Below, piece by piece: positions 1-13,300 of a DNA stretch of 64,000 nucleotides. The notes below the pieces were generated by a model. The model worked only from the letters and a program-made list of their open reading frames with translations, searched no databases and was not told the DNA's origin. Source of the DNA: Euprymna scolopes (taxonomy: Eukaryota); NCBI GenBank assembly GCA_053919585.1, contig CM132814.1. The stretch is one strand, 5' to 3'. Made by a program: the position numbers and the translations under genes. How positions within the stretch are numbered: position 1 is the stretch's first letter; every line of letters begins with the position of its first letter.

Positions 1-559
1 CAGAAAGTGGATTATATAAAAACTGACTTCAAAAACAACAGACATACTATATTAAAAGATGTTCTTCAAAATCACTGCAGTCAGCATTAAATAACCTGAG
101 AAGGGTTGATATGCTGTAAAACAAAAACAAACAAACAAACAACCCCACCGCACTTCTCTACCGTGCTTATACTTCGTAAAGGGTTATTAGTATCTTTTTT
201 TTTATTTTTGGATCGCTGAATAAAGGAAGTGTGATTTTCCTTTTCCTAAATGATCGGTGTCGTTCAGAAGCTATTTGTGATTGCTCGATATCGAAAGTTT
301 CAATTCATTCTCCTTTTTCATGAGGTGCATATTTTGGATCTTCTAATAGAGACTTTCTAATTTTTTTGAGGTGTCATCATGTGTGATTTTATAAACTTGA
401 ATGATGTATACTATATTTCCATATTTGCATATTGCTCCCAGTTTCCAGAAACACGAGATATTATTGTAAGTCTTGTGGAAACTTGTTCGTTTAGGTCGCC
501 GTGTTTCTTGGGTACAGCTAGAGTCTTTTTAGATTAAATTCATGACATGATGTATTTAA

Positions 560-960
560 AAAAATCTCACAGAACTTCTTCAAATCCGCGGACGTAAATT
601 GCCTTCCGTTGTCACTTACTAAACAGTGGACAACTCCAAACCCGCGCAAATAGTTCATGGAGAAAATTAATAATACTTTTGTCATTATTAATTCTTCAAG
701 CTGCTCATCTGAGTACTTCTAGCAATTTTATGTAGCTCTTCATTCTGTTTATTCAAAGGTGATTCATATTGAATATTTCTTAATTGTTTGTTTGTTTGTT
801 TGTTTATTTATTGTTGTAACGCTTTTTGTATATCGATCTTGTCGAAATAAAGTCATCTTAAATAGAAAAAGAATATTCTGTACTTCCTGGTCTTTATTTG
901 AGAATTTCTGTTTTGTAGTCTAGTAAATCTGTTTCTTTGAGCTTCTTATTTAATTTCATG
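560..960 (-). pseudogene. Degraded Gypsy-type pol (integrase core) fragment
   Basis: Minus strand reads, across frameshifts, ..INFLHELFAR..VSDNGRQFTSADLKKFCEIF, the region around the second Asp of an LTR-retrotransposon DDE integrase. No LTRs recognised. Confidence 0.55.
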
Positions 961-1503
961 TAGTGTGACTTCTAGATTTCTGCTTTTTATGTCGCTATCG
1001 GTACGCAAGGCAGCTATTACTGGATCCTCAAGTGGTTAACTCTCTGTCGGGATCAACATTGAACGCCCACCTGTATGTGCGATCTGCTAAGAAGAGAGTC
1101 ACTCTAAATTGAAATTTTAATTCAACAAAATAGTAATTCACCCGAGCATTTTTTTGTTGTTGTATAAACGGGTAACCCGTTTCTTCAACCCAAAAATGGT
1201 TAGTAGGGATTTATAAGTGGTCTGCTGTATAAGAAAATGCGTACATGTAAATATCTTTGTATTTGCGAAAATAGTTGCAACGGTTGCGACGATCTATAAA
1301 TCAATAAACTGAATAATCGCGTTGAAACATCGATGCTTATCAGATCAGCAAAGTTAAGCTACATTAAAATTGATTACAACCAGGTAAGTGGCTATATGGG
1401 AATTCTAGGCGCTGTGTGCCCTCTCTATTTATCTCTGCATTTGTTTCGAGAAGTCCAGTACAGACACTTCATATACCACTGCTATTTTACAATATCGACT
1501 CAG

Positions 1504-2125
1504 TGTACAATAAGATTGGGGAGGGGCGAATGAACTGGAATTGGATGACCTCGTCCTATGACGCAAGTTGGTTTATGGGTCAGACGTTGAATCGAGCAAA
1601 GTTCGGATAAACTTAAACCCTGACCGACAAAAATGAAACCCGCGAATAAGATGACGTAATTCGGCCGCAAATAAGACCAAATGCAAACATCAACAGGGTC
1701 AGAATGTGGGTCGATTACGTAAATCGATTAACGGGAAAATTCATAAAAAGCAATCATAAACAAGTCAACAGAGAGAGAGAGAGAGGGAGAGAGAGAGGTG
1801 ACAGCAGAGAAGGACAGACGAAGCTCAGCTGCCTGTCACGGTCGCAACCACACCCTTCCCGCCACTCGCTCCTTCCTTCACCGCCGTATTAATGTGTATA
1901 TGTTGTTATAAAATAAATCAAATTGTTTTATAACAAAAAGTCTCGTTATTCATAGGTAGATGAACAGCGGTGATACCATTCACTAGACGAGTTACAACAA
2001 CATATGCATATATGCACAAACAAACTATCTCTCTATCTATCGAGATATTCAAAAATCTCGGATAGCTAGAATATAGACGGTGCTAACAAAATAGACGTCA
2101 CGGCCATATCACCCAGTATATAACA
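1504..2125 (+). repeat. 5' LTR (622 bp)
   Basis: TGTACAATAAG...TATAACA; matches 7998-8485 apart from a ~134-bp extra segment; AATAAA near 1912. Confidence 0.95.
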
Positions 2126-2136
2126 CATATACGATT

Positions 2137-2150
2137 TGGTACCGTGACCA
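2137..2150 (+). promoter_or_regulatory. Primer-binding site, tRNA-His-like
   Basis: TGGTACCGTGACCA resembles the complement of the tRNA-His 3' end (TGGTGCCGTGAC..); it lies 11 nt after the LTR end. Confidence 0.7.
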
Positions 2151-2682
2151 ATTTTTATTCCACAAGAATAAAATAAAAGAAAAAAAAAGAGGAACCACAA
2201 ACACGAACAATACCACGAAAACAACGAAAAGAGGGTCCTTTAAAAAAACAAACAACAACAACAAACCAAAACAAAAAAAAGTTATTACCACGGACAGATT
2301 ATTGAAAAAAACAACAACAATAGACACTCCCAAAATCAAGAAATCAAGACTCTCAAATTAAAAAAAAAAGGGGGAGGAAAACGAAAGAAAAAAAAATTAA
2401 CAAAATACAAACGAGGTAAGTCGAATTCGATTCTTTCTTTGCTTGTTTCTGCTCTAAAGTTATATATATACATATATACATTAAAAAACAATACTACAGT
2501 TCAATCTTTCGGTAAAGAGAAAGAAAAAGAAAAGAAAGAAATTCGTGATTTTTTGACAAAATTACTCAAACAAAAGAAAAAAACAATAATAATTTTTTTT
2601 TCTGTTTGGTCTTTTAAATTGTACTTTTGTTTTCTAAACTGACGTTGTGTTTGTTGTTGTTTTGGTTAAGTTAACAAAAAAG

Positions 2683-3582
2683 ATGGAACAGCAAATCTTT
2701 TCAAATTTCGTGCAGGGCTTAACCATGGAACTTAGGAACGCGGTGGGGGCCATCTCAAAAACTTTACGAGGTGAGTCCTTTCTAAAGAATATAAGAACTT
2801 TAGAAAATAGAAGAGACGGTGGATATAGGGTGTGGTTGCAAGAGATAGAAAAATATTTTAGAATAGTCGGTGCTGGGGACGGAGAAAAATGTCAGGCAGC
2901 ACTATTGACTACTAGGGGCCAGGTTGGACTCTTCATTAACGGATTAATGGCAAATAATGATGGGTTAACTTGGCTAGAATTGAAACGGCCCTTAGAAGAT
3001 TATTATGGAATATACGCAAATCCTAACAAAAACCTAATAAAATTAGCTAATATAAGACAAAGTAGAGACGAAAGTGTTCAAGACTATATGCAGAGAATAG
3101 TGAGACTAGCAGAAGGAGCATATAGTGCTATGGATGCAAGTAATGAATTAGTAAAAAAACAAGTTCTAGAGTTTTTTTATAGAAGACCTCAGAGATAAGG
3201 ATGTGAAAATGGTCGTTATGAGGGATGAACCTACGGATCTACATGCAGCTTATGAGAAAGCTTTAGCAGAAGTAAGATGGAAAATTCGGCTCAACGCAAA
3301 CCGTGAATACGATGATGAACACACGGAGGTTTGTCATGCGAGACGACAGGTTAGAGTCGAAGCTGTAGGTCCAGCAAAATTCCCAAAACAAGATAGGTGG
3401 AAAAGATTAGAGAACAGGGGGCCTGTATATAAGACTAGAGATAAGGAAAAACTAGACAGGGTATAAGGTGTTTCAATTGTGGTAAGGTGGGCCACATATG
3501 GAGATATTGCAGAGACCGTAGGCAGGGAAACGGAGGCGCACCGTTCGTACAACGCCCGACGGACGGAGCGAAGGTATACTGA
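2683..3582 (+). pseudogene. gag: gag (capsid plus CCHC nucleocapsid), frameshifted
   Basis: ORFs 2647-3198 and 3203-3466 contain the IRQSRDESVQDYMQRIVRLA major-homology-like motif; knuckle CFNCGKVGHIWRYC at 3469-3510. Confidence 0.9.
3525..3570 (+). promoter_or_regulatory. -1 programmed ribosomal frameshift signal (gag-pol)
   Basis: G GGA AAC heptamer in gag frame at 3525-3531, 5-nt spacer, stem CGC-A-CCGTTCGT/ACGGACGG-A-GCG; the -1 frame is open into the protease ORF at 3600. Confidence 0.8.
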
Positions 3583-3599
3583 CGCATGTAATCGGTAAC

Positions 3600-6500
3600 A
3601 TGGGCGCTGCAAATTCCGTTTCTATTAGAATAGATAGAAATAGACTTAGGTCTTTAGTAGATACAGGCGCAGAGGTTTCTGTCATAAAAAGTAGCGTTTT
3701 TAAAACACTTATACAGAGACCTGAGCTACATAGTAAATCAATGAATTTAAGGGCAGATAATGGGCCCCAATTAATTGTAATAGGCATCGCCCGATTAAGG
3801 ATTAGGATAGGAAGTCAATTCATCCACCATGATTTCGTTGTGGCGAAAAACCTCAATAGAAATATAATACTAGGCCGGAACTGGCTTAGGAAAAATGGGG
3901 TGAGGATGTACTTTTACTTAGGGGCGATAAAAAAAGGAAATGAATATATAGCGTTAGAAGAAGATGCTCATATCTCAGCTATAGTAAGACTGGAAAAAAA
4001 TAACACGTAAACCCCAGCACTTGCATATGTGCACAGCTCGTGCGGGTATTAAAAAACGGTCAAGGGCTAGAGTGTGAGGTAGAACAAATAGATAGAGGAT
4101 TTCTTAGTGATCTTAGTGGTATTTCAGTAGCAAATACCGTAGTAAAAATTATAGGATCAAAAAGTTTTCCGTTTTTTAATAATGAATAACACCAACCAGA
4201 CGGTTACTTTAAGAAGAGGGTGTAAGATAGCTAGGTGTAGAGCGGCTGGTAAAATAATGGAGATTACCATGCCAAAGAAACATGAAGATAAGATCTGAAG
4301 AAAACTTGAAAGGGATAAAAGTGCCCGAAGAATTCAAGTTAGAGATCAATAAGGTGTTTAAGCGGAATAAGGACTTATTCGTTACGGGAGATAAGAACTT
4401 GGGCAGTACCGATACGGTAGAGATGCGTATTGATACTGGAACGCATGAGCCCATACGGAAATGCCCGTACCGGACACCGCTTAAGCAAAGAAAAGAAGTA
4501 GAGTCTGCAATAGGGGAAATGATGCAGGCTGGAGTAATCGAAAGATCAAACAGCCCGTGGAGTTTTCCGATAGTTTTAGTAGAGAAGAAAGACGGATCTA
4601 AAAGGTTCTGTGTAGATTTTAGGGCACTAAATAAAATAACAAAGAAGTATGCCCGAGCGTTACCAGTTATTGATGATATTTTAGCCTCGCTTGTGTCGGC
4701 AAAGTACTTCTCAAAGTTAGATTTGAAGTCAGGGTACTGGCAGGTTAAATTGAATGAGCATGATAAGGAAAAAAAACTGCATTCACCTGCCACAAGGGGT
4801 TGTTCCATTTTAATGTAATGCCGTTCGGACTTGCGAACGCCCCCGGGGTCTTCCAGGAATTTATGTCCGTAGTATTACAAGGACAGGAAGAATTCGCTGT
4901 ACCGTATTTGGATGACATTTTAATATTCTCAAATACAAAGGAAGACCATATAAAACACATAGATAAGGTCTTAGGTAGTTTGCGCAAGCACAATCTTAGG
5001 TTAAAAGCAACAAAGTGTGAGTTTTTTAATAAAGAAATACAGTATCTGGAGTTCAAAATTAGTGAGAGGGTATACAACCAGACATGGATACAGTCGTCTA
5101 TAAAAATGATTTCGACTCCAACCACTGTAAAGCAAGTAAGAGCTTTCATTGGTATGACATCGTACTATCGGCGATTTATAAAAAAAAAAATTCCGATATC
5201 GCCGAGCCGTTAATCCGATTAACGAGGAAGCATGCACGATTTTATTGGGACGATGCATGTCAGTCTGCCTTTGATAGCTTAAAAACGAAGCTTGCAGATA
5301 TGGTAACACTGACTTATCCCGATCTGGATAAGGACTACAGACTGTATACGGATGCCTCTGATCATTTGATTGGGGCATGTTTATCACAAATGGTCTATGA
5401 TCCAAAGGAGTGTAAAGAGGTAGAAAAACCTATTTACTTCTTATCTCATAAGTTGAGTGATACTCAAACCAGATGGTCAACAATAGAAAAAGAGGCATAT
5501 GCGATACACTATGCCCTGAATAAATTAAATCACTATTTGCATAGTGCTACGTTCACCATCTATACAGACCATAGACCATTGGAGTATTTATTAAACTCAC
5601 CAATTCAAAATAGGAAAATACAGACGTGGGCTTTAAGTATGGCTGGCTATAATTGCACCATACGGTACCTGAAGGGGAAAGACAACGTCTGTGCGGATCT
5701 CTTGTTACGCGCTATAGATTCGAGCAAGGACAATGATGATCCCCCTGTAGAAATAGACAGTAGGAATTATACGGTGAGTGCAATAAACTCAAATCATTTT
5801 GAGCCAAAAGATTTTGCATCACATAAGGATGCTGAAGACTTATCGGTAACTCACGAGCGTCCTACATTATCGGGTTTAGATGTAAGTAAGGGACAGGAAG
5901 CAGATAGGGAGATCGTAGATTTAAAGATGCGAATGAAAAACGGTAAAGCGTCCAAGATGGAACAAAAAAGTACATAATAATGGACGATGTAGTATATTAC
6001 TTGTCGCAACCCGACGACGAACCGATAATTAGGTTATATATTCCGTCGCATCTAAGAGAAAGGGTGTTAGTTCAATACCATGATGATAATGGTCACATGG
6101 GCGTGGAAAAAACGTTTCACGCTATTAAGCAAAAATATTTCTGGCCTGGTTTATTTAAACAAATAAACGAATACATAGGTAAATGTATTCCGTGCCACAC
6201 CAGAAATTTGATGAAACAGCAATCTCAAATGCAGGAGTGCTATTTGCCTCCTTTTCCTTTCGCAAAACTAGCGTTAGATGTTTCCGGGCCTTACCCAAAA
6301 ACTCTATCAGGCAACCAATACATAATGACTTTTATAGATATGTACAGTGGTTGGCCGGAGGCTTTTGCGGTTCCGAATAAATAGCAGAAACAGTGGTGCA
6401 TCTATTGATTGCCGAGATTTTTCCCAGATTCGGGGCACCCCTGCAGCTTTTAACGGATAATGGGCCTGAGAACATAAATAAAATAATGAAAAGGGCATTA

Positions 6501-7459
6501 GAGGACCTCAAGTGCATCATGTGACCACATCGTTCTATCACCCCCAGAGTAACGGCAAAGTTGAAAGGTTCCATAGAACAATGCATGGCGTCCTAGCGAA
6601 GAAAATAGGGGACAATGAACAGTCGTGGGATATATACATGAATCAGATGTTAGCGGCTGTCAGGTTCCATGTAAGCGAAACGACGAAATTTTCACCCTAT
6701 TATTTACTCTACAATAGAGATGTTGTTCTGCCGTTGGACAATATTCTAAGACCCCGTAGAGTATACTATGGGGATGAAAATCATGAAATCGCTCTACAGG
6801 AAATGCATCGAACCTTCACTTTAGTAAGGAGTAATATAAAAAATTCTAGGAAAAAAATGATAGATAGATCTAAGAAGAAAACAAAAGCCGTCGAATTTAA
6901 GGTTGGTGATTTGGTGTATTATAAAAACCACCAAAAGCGAGGAAAACTAGATGTACGATGGAAACCGTACTACGTAGTGATAGAAAAGACTGGGCCGGTT
7001 TCATATAGAATCAAGGATCAATTAACGGGCTCTGTAACGAAGGCGCATGCAGAACATCTCAGAGCAGCGTCTATCGAGGAGTGGAAGATTCCCACTACAG
7101 AGAGGCCGTTAAGAAAAGCTGTATTGTCTGTTCCAAAGGAATCTAGTGATTCAGACAGCGAATCAGCCACAGGCGAAACTGATTATGCAATGCAGAGGAG
7201 TCGTCATCAACGCGAGGAGTCGGATGAGGAATCTGACGTACCGTTGATGGAACGAAGGACCGTGACACGGAGCATGACGGTGGGACGTGAAACCAATATA
7301 GATGAAATCAGCTGCCCGTATCCGTCGTATGCAGTGCACGAGCGTAGAAATAGGGGCCAACCTCTCGTAAATAGAGTTAGTATGATGTTTGGTAGCGGGG
7401 AGGAAGAACTAGAGAGAGGGAATTGTTTAGGATGGGTTAGAAAAATACTCTGTTTGTAA
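3600..7459 (+). pseudogene. pol: pol: protease, reverse transcriptase, RNase H, integrase (several frameshifts/stops)
   Basis: LVDTGAEVS (protease); SPWSFPIVLV, LDLKSGYWQ, MPFGLANAP, YLDD (RT); LYTDASD, EKEAYA, YTDHRPL (RNase H); H..H..C..C, LDVSGP, TDNGPE, SNGKVERFH (integrase) in ORFs 3600-4010, 4282-4818, 4800-5213, 5084-5977, 5980-6384, 6512-7459. Confidence 0.97.
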
Positions 7460-7981
7460 ATAGATTAAGTAAAATGGGAACACCGTCCTATTCAATAAAA
7501 AAAATAAAAGATCCCTTATCTCCATGGTTAAAGCAACTGACGCCTTAGGGAAAGATAGAGGTGCTTCTCATGTAAAGTTAAAACTTATGTAATTTGAGCA
7601 GAAGCAAGCATAGTCTATCGGATGTCGGCTGCCTCAATGTCAATTTTTAAAATTGGGGTGAAAATACCACTTTTATTATTTGAAATGAAACAAAAACCTA
7701 CATCAATAGAGACCCCGAGAAAAGAAATGAAAACAAAATAAACATGTGTGTGTGTGTGTGTACGTAATGATGGATTTTGTTTTAATAATATTAAATTATG
7801 TCCACAAAGAAGAAAATATATATATAGAAAAATAAATAACTCAAATGCATTAACGATAGTGGACAAGGAAAAAAAGACGGCATTGAAAAAAGAACAATAA
7901 ATAAATATTAAAAAAAAGAGAAATATGCATGAAATCTAGAATTTAAAAAAATATGATAAATATATATAAAAATATTTTTTT

Positions 7982-7997
7982 GGTGGTATGGAAGGAA
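7982..7997 (+). promoter_or_regulatory. Polypurine tract
   Basis: GGTGGTATGGAAGGAA immediately before the TG of the 3' LTR. Confidence 0.7.
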
Positions 7998-8121
7998 TGT
8001 ACAATAAGAAGGGGAGGGGCGAATGAACTGGAATTGGATGACCTCGTCCTATGACGGAAGTCGGTTTATGGGTCAAACGTTGAATGGAGCAAAGTTCGGA
8101 TGAGCTTAAACCCTGACCGAC

Positions 8122-8159
<38 letters not shown>

Positions 8160-8485
8160 GACATCAGAGAAGGACAGACGACGCTCAACTGCCTGTCACG
8201 GTCACAACCACACCCTTCCCGCCACCCGCTCCTTCCTTCACCACCGTATTGATGTGTATATGTTGTTATAAAATAAATCAAATTGTTTTATAACAAAGCG
8301 TCTCGTTATTCATAGATAGATGAACAGCGGTGATTCCATTCACTAGACGAGTTACAACAACATATGCATATATGCACAAACAAACTATACCTCTATCTAT
8401 CGAGATATTCAAAAATCTCGGATAGCTAGAATATAGACGGTGCTAACAAAATAGACGTCACGGCCATATAACCCAGTATATAACA
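7998..8485 (+). repeat. 3' LTR (488 bp)
   Basis: Direct repeat of 1504-2125, followed by TSD TCAG. Confidence 0.95.
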
Positions 8486-10110
8486 TCAGGTGAGGTGTGG
8501 TTGGAGATTACGCATCTCTTGCAACAGAAATTCCAAGTGGGTATCCATAGTCTGGCAAAGACTGAAGTAGCCCTTTCAAATAGTACATTTTTTTAGAAGA
8601 GCAGATATCTGGAGGCGCGAGCAATCGATTTTCTACTTCCGGCCATCAGTTTATGTAAGGTATAAGCCCATATTTCATAGGAGCTGGTATCGCTAGTTGC
8701 TATTATGTCTAGTTTTGGTTTATAATGCGTGAGATTGTAGTTGATCTATAAAATTCAGGGTCAAGATCATGTCACATCTCAAGGCGAGTCTATCAGGCAC
8801 TCTCACTCTGAATCCCGGTGGTATTTGCCTCGATCCCGCATTGGTTTACATTTCACTTCTCTGCCATCATAGTGAAACATGGGCAGTGGTCAATCGATGT
8901 AATATTCTTCACAATCTTTAATTTTAAAGAACTGTTGTAAAAGAGACGATGCCGAAAAGATCTAGTCCGTTCGTTCACCCATTTCGTTACAGTTTGATTC
9001 AACCAGAAAGAAGAAATTTTCCAAAGCCAGTTAAATTAAAAACGAATATCTAAATCTTAATAAAAAACGGAGTTTATGTAAAAATTATGTCCCTCGTCTT
9101 GTTTTTATTCTTGATTTTTTTATCAATTACGTGTAAAAGCTTTTCTAATAGTTCACAATGGATTATTATCATTATCGACTTATCCATATCAATTATAGAT
9201 GTATGTGCGTGTGTCTGTGTGAAAATATTTAACATCTAAACTCTTAAACTACTGGTCATATGACACTGAAATTTATAGGAAATGGTCATCACGCATTATA
9301 GATTGTATATAACGTGTAAAATGTTTGTTTGAGTGGATGAATAACGTATATAGACATATGTTGGCAAGTTAGAATGCAAAATATATATTTAAACTTGTCG
9401 ACATATTTCTATTACTTTTGCGAATGCACAAATTCATTCCTAATATAAAGTAGTTTAAATTTAATTATTTTTTCTATATATCGATAGCTTACACAATAGG
9501 GAACGCACCTAGATTGCGAACTGTTTTGGTTTCTATTCTAGCTGATGGTCCCAATACACTTTTATAATAACTTCTGAAATCAATAAGATAGATATTGAAT
9601 ACAAGATAATATTCAATATGGAATAGCTTCTGTAATTATAAAGACGAAATCTGTTGTAATAAAAATATATATGATTGTATTTTACAACCAGGGAAGTTAC
9701 GGCGAATCCACGCTATATTTTTTAAAAAAACAAGCTGCTAACCATGATCGATAGCAGCCTGAAGGATTACTTTTAGTGAGCTACTGGGCAACGGTATCGA
9801 AATCGGAAGAAATTGGGCCTAATTTTTCGATGCTAAAAACGATTCCTTAAATTATATATTTTTTTTGCTTGATTTTGTTAAAAACAAAAAGTTATACTTT
9901 TGGTACTAATAATAAAATAATAAATATTTATTTTAAACTACCAGTAAAATCAAATCCATAGATCAACTATGGGCTCTACGTTTGATATATGCACATAATT
10001 AATTTACTCACATAAAATTAATACACCAAAGTATAGATTTTTGCGTAAACTTTAAGTATTTACATCAAAAGTGTTCTATACGTAGGTAGAGCTAGTGAGT
10101 AATTTATAAA

Positions 10111-10231
10111 ATATATATGTCGATTTAGCTACACTGAATATTCCGAGTTTCATCCACTCTAGGATTCTTCAGGCATGAACCTGAAGAGTCCTAGAGTGGA
10201 TGAAACGCGAAATAGTAAGTGTAGCTTAATC

Positions 10232-10240
<9 letters not shown>
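10111..10240. ncRNA. Inverted pair of minimal hammerhead-ribozyme-like motifs (Penelope-type terminus)
   Basis: + strand CTGAAGA-GTCC-tagagt-GGAT-GAAAC at 10181-10206; - strand CTGAAGA-ATCC-tagagt-GGAT-GAAAC at 10147-10172; ~60-bp arms, 6-nt spacer. Confidence 0.7.

Positions 10241-10298
<58 letters not shown>
10236..10298. repeat. (TA)n microsatellite
   Basis: Perfect TA run. Confidence 0.99.
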
Positions 10299-10302
<4 letters not shown>

Positions 10303-13300
10303 TTATTTATTTACTTACAAGGCGGTCACCACTTTTCCAGGCCCGGAAGCCACTCGGATATAAGGGTTATTGCGTGTAGAGTACGTTAGTGTTGAGATTT
10401 GATAAAATGTCTTATTAAGGGGGCGGTTCATCAGGAAATTGCTTATGTTGGACTTCAAGACACCCAGGTTGTAATCAGATGGGAAACAGGCAGACAGAAC
10501 AGAATTCCACAGGCGTGATCTTGTAAGAAAGAAGCTGTGCTCATGGAATCTACGTTTTGGTTTTGCCACAGATAAAGAGTGGGTAACATTTTTGTCAGTG
10601 TTTTCAGCTAGAGGGGTGCTCTCCGTGAAAGGTCGGCGAGTGGGGGCCAGAGAATGTAGATCAGACCAGTACTGGCAATAAAAATTACGAAATCATAAAG
10701 ACAGGCAAGCAACTTCTCTACTGTGGGAGAGAGGTTGCAGGGGAATGAGAAAAGAGCATCGTCTATTAATCCAGGAAGCTTATTTTTACTCTCTCAAGGC
10801 GAGGTAGGCTGTTTTTAGCAGCTCCTGCACAGATATGGCAAGAGTACACCATCCTTGGGCCTACTTGGCTTTTATATAGATAGAAAATTTCATCAGCAGT
10901 GATATATTTTCTGGACCGGTAGAAGGATCCTACTATTTTTCCAGCGACCTTGATAGTAGACTAGAGATATGTGTTCCATTTTAGGACAGGAGTAAAGGTC
11001 ACACCCAGAAGCTTGTCAAAATATGGATCTTCCCCTAGTCCAGAGGCATGTATTGCAATTGATGCCAGATGGGGTTCAGAGCGTTGATGATCTAAAGATA
11101 GGAGCTTGGTTTTAGATGCATTAAAAGTAACCAACAAAATCTTCCTTCACAGTACCACGGGCTCGAGATCAGAGGAGAGAGAATCCGAGAGAACTTTGTC
11201 ATTTATGGCTTTTTATGTTTTGCCATAGATGATCGTGTCATCAGCATAGATAGCAACGAATTATTTAAGTATGTGTTTTGGGAGATAATTGATGATAATC
11301 AGGAAGAGAATTGGGCCTAGGTGGACCCCTGAGGGACTCCAACATTAATACTGAGGGCCTCTGATTTCTGCCCATCAACCACTACTCTTATGGGCCCGTT
11401 AGAGTTAAATGATTTAATGATCGAGAAAATATTTCCAGTTACACTGTACCTGGAAATCTTGTAGATTATATGCCCTTATGATATACTGTTTCGAAGGATT
11501 TTCATATATCAAGAGCAATTGCCCTAGAGAGGAAGCGTTTGTCAAAAAGATTTACTAATCCGATGCGATACAAACGTAGATCTGACAGAACGGAAACCAT
11601 ATTGCATGTCACTAAGAACGGTATTTCTGTAGAGATGGTTGACTACTTCTCTATTTAATATTGATTCCAACCCCTTACTCATGACACACAGGCGACTTAT
11701 AGTATGTACTGAGAGGGAGATGACTTATTACCTGAATTCTTAAATACAGGGCATACTGATGAGGTTTTCTAGGGCGGTGGGAAACACTTTTCTTTAAGGC
11801 AACGATTAAACAGTTTAGTAAGTATGGGGCTTAATTATGGACGAAGCTGTTTCAACACTATAAATGGAATTCCGTCAGGGACAGTTGCTTTCCTGAAATC
11901 AAAGTTCTTGATTAGCTTAGCCACCTCACGCAGAGATATCTGTAGCGTGCTGTCTGTTATAAGAGGAAATACAAGGAGTTGATGGCCTTGGTGGCATGGG
12001 GTAGAATTTGCTGCAACGTTCTTGGCAAATAGTTTGGCCTTGTCTGATGCTGACGAGATGACCTCAGGTCCATTGATGATGGCTTGGATAGAACGCACGC
12101 TTTTGTTCAGGATCCTGTTTACTATTTGCCAAAACTGCTGGGAACCTAGCCGCTGCTCAGCTACTTTGGATTTAACGGACATATGACTCTCTTGAATTTT
12201 TATTAATCTTTTACAGTAGTTGCTGCCAGTCCTGAAAGTAGCTCTAGTCACAGTGCATCTATTACGTTGATAGCTATGGAAAACGTGATTTCTGTGCGCG
12301 ATGGCAGCAGCACATTCTGGGGAGAACCAAAGCTGGCTATTAGGTTTTTGTTGGAATGTTTTGGATTGTATGAATCGGTATTTGCCTACAATTAACCATT
12401 CGGTCAGGTCTAATACTATGGAGGACATATCCTTTTTAAACATAGTATGTAGGGGTAGATTAGGCATAAATAGACGGAAGCTATCCACGCCAGCCGTAAA
12501 GTATCGATATAGAGTACGGTGGAGAGGTACGTCTAAAGATTTATGACATTTCATTTTTATCTTAACTGATACAACCGAGTTGTCGGAAGACCCCAGAGGG
12601 TTCAGAACAGAACATGAACATAGCTGATGGAAAGTTGTGAGAAAAAGGTCTAGAAGGCTACCGTGACCTAAAATATTGGGCACACGGGTGGGTTCGTGAA
12701 CAATCTGGCTGAGGTCATAGGCAATGGCGAAATCATTACAACACCTCTCCTCATCATGTCTTGTTCGAGTGGGTCAGCTATTTCACATTGTGGACATGGA
12801 AGTCACCACAAGTGGATGTTAGCCGAAGGATTAGCAGACAGGATGTGACCACTTTTCTCAGATATGCTCTTAAAGAGAGTTAATGCTGATATGGGGGAGA
12901 TAGAGGGCAAATATAAATGCAGTGGTGTACGTACGTGCAACCCGGAAGCACATATAAGGTTAATTAGAGCCTTCACTGGATATATGCCTACCACACGGAA
13001 AGTCATCCTTAATGTAGGCACATGTTCTATGCCCATTGCGATCTTGGGGTTCAGATTTAGATGGTAAGTAAAATTATCCTTTAATTAATAACTCGTCTTG
13101 GGAAGTGGTCGGTCGTATGCCTTTTTCGCTTAGGAAGAATATGTCCGGTTTCGTCTCCTGTAATTGGATTTTAAGCTGTAGAAGATTGGAACGTATACCC
13201 CTGATGTTGGAGAAGGAGAAATGGTAGTAGGGGTCTACGTTTGAGGATGGGATTCTAGGCTTTTCGTAATTTTTTTCTGGAGATATATTCTGTTGAGGAT

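Larger units (their letters stand above)
1504..8485 (+). mobile_element. Full-length Ty3/Gypsy LTR retrotransposon, inactivated by frameshifts and stops
   Basis: Direct repeats 1504-2125 and 7998-8485 with TG..CA ends; 4-bp TSD TCAG (1500-1503, 8486-8489); gag-PR-RT-RH-IN order; PBS and PPT present. Confidence 0.97.

Noticed and set aside
7460-7997. env gene in the first Gypsy
   Set aside because: Only ~540 bp of AT-rich non-coding sequence; no furin site, fusion peptide or TM-coding ORF.
9170-10095. Possible old Helitron-like element (similar 5'-type motif at 19210-19500)
   Set aside because: Only a weak 5' signature and a terminal CTAG without a clear hairpin.
10175-10363. ORFs rich in YI/IY or poly-I (also 19488, 19935, 44952, 45354, 47854, 50022, 60034)
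   Set aside because: Translations of microsatellite or satellite DNA.
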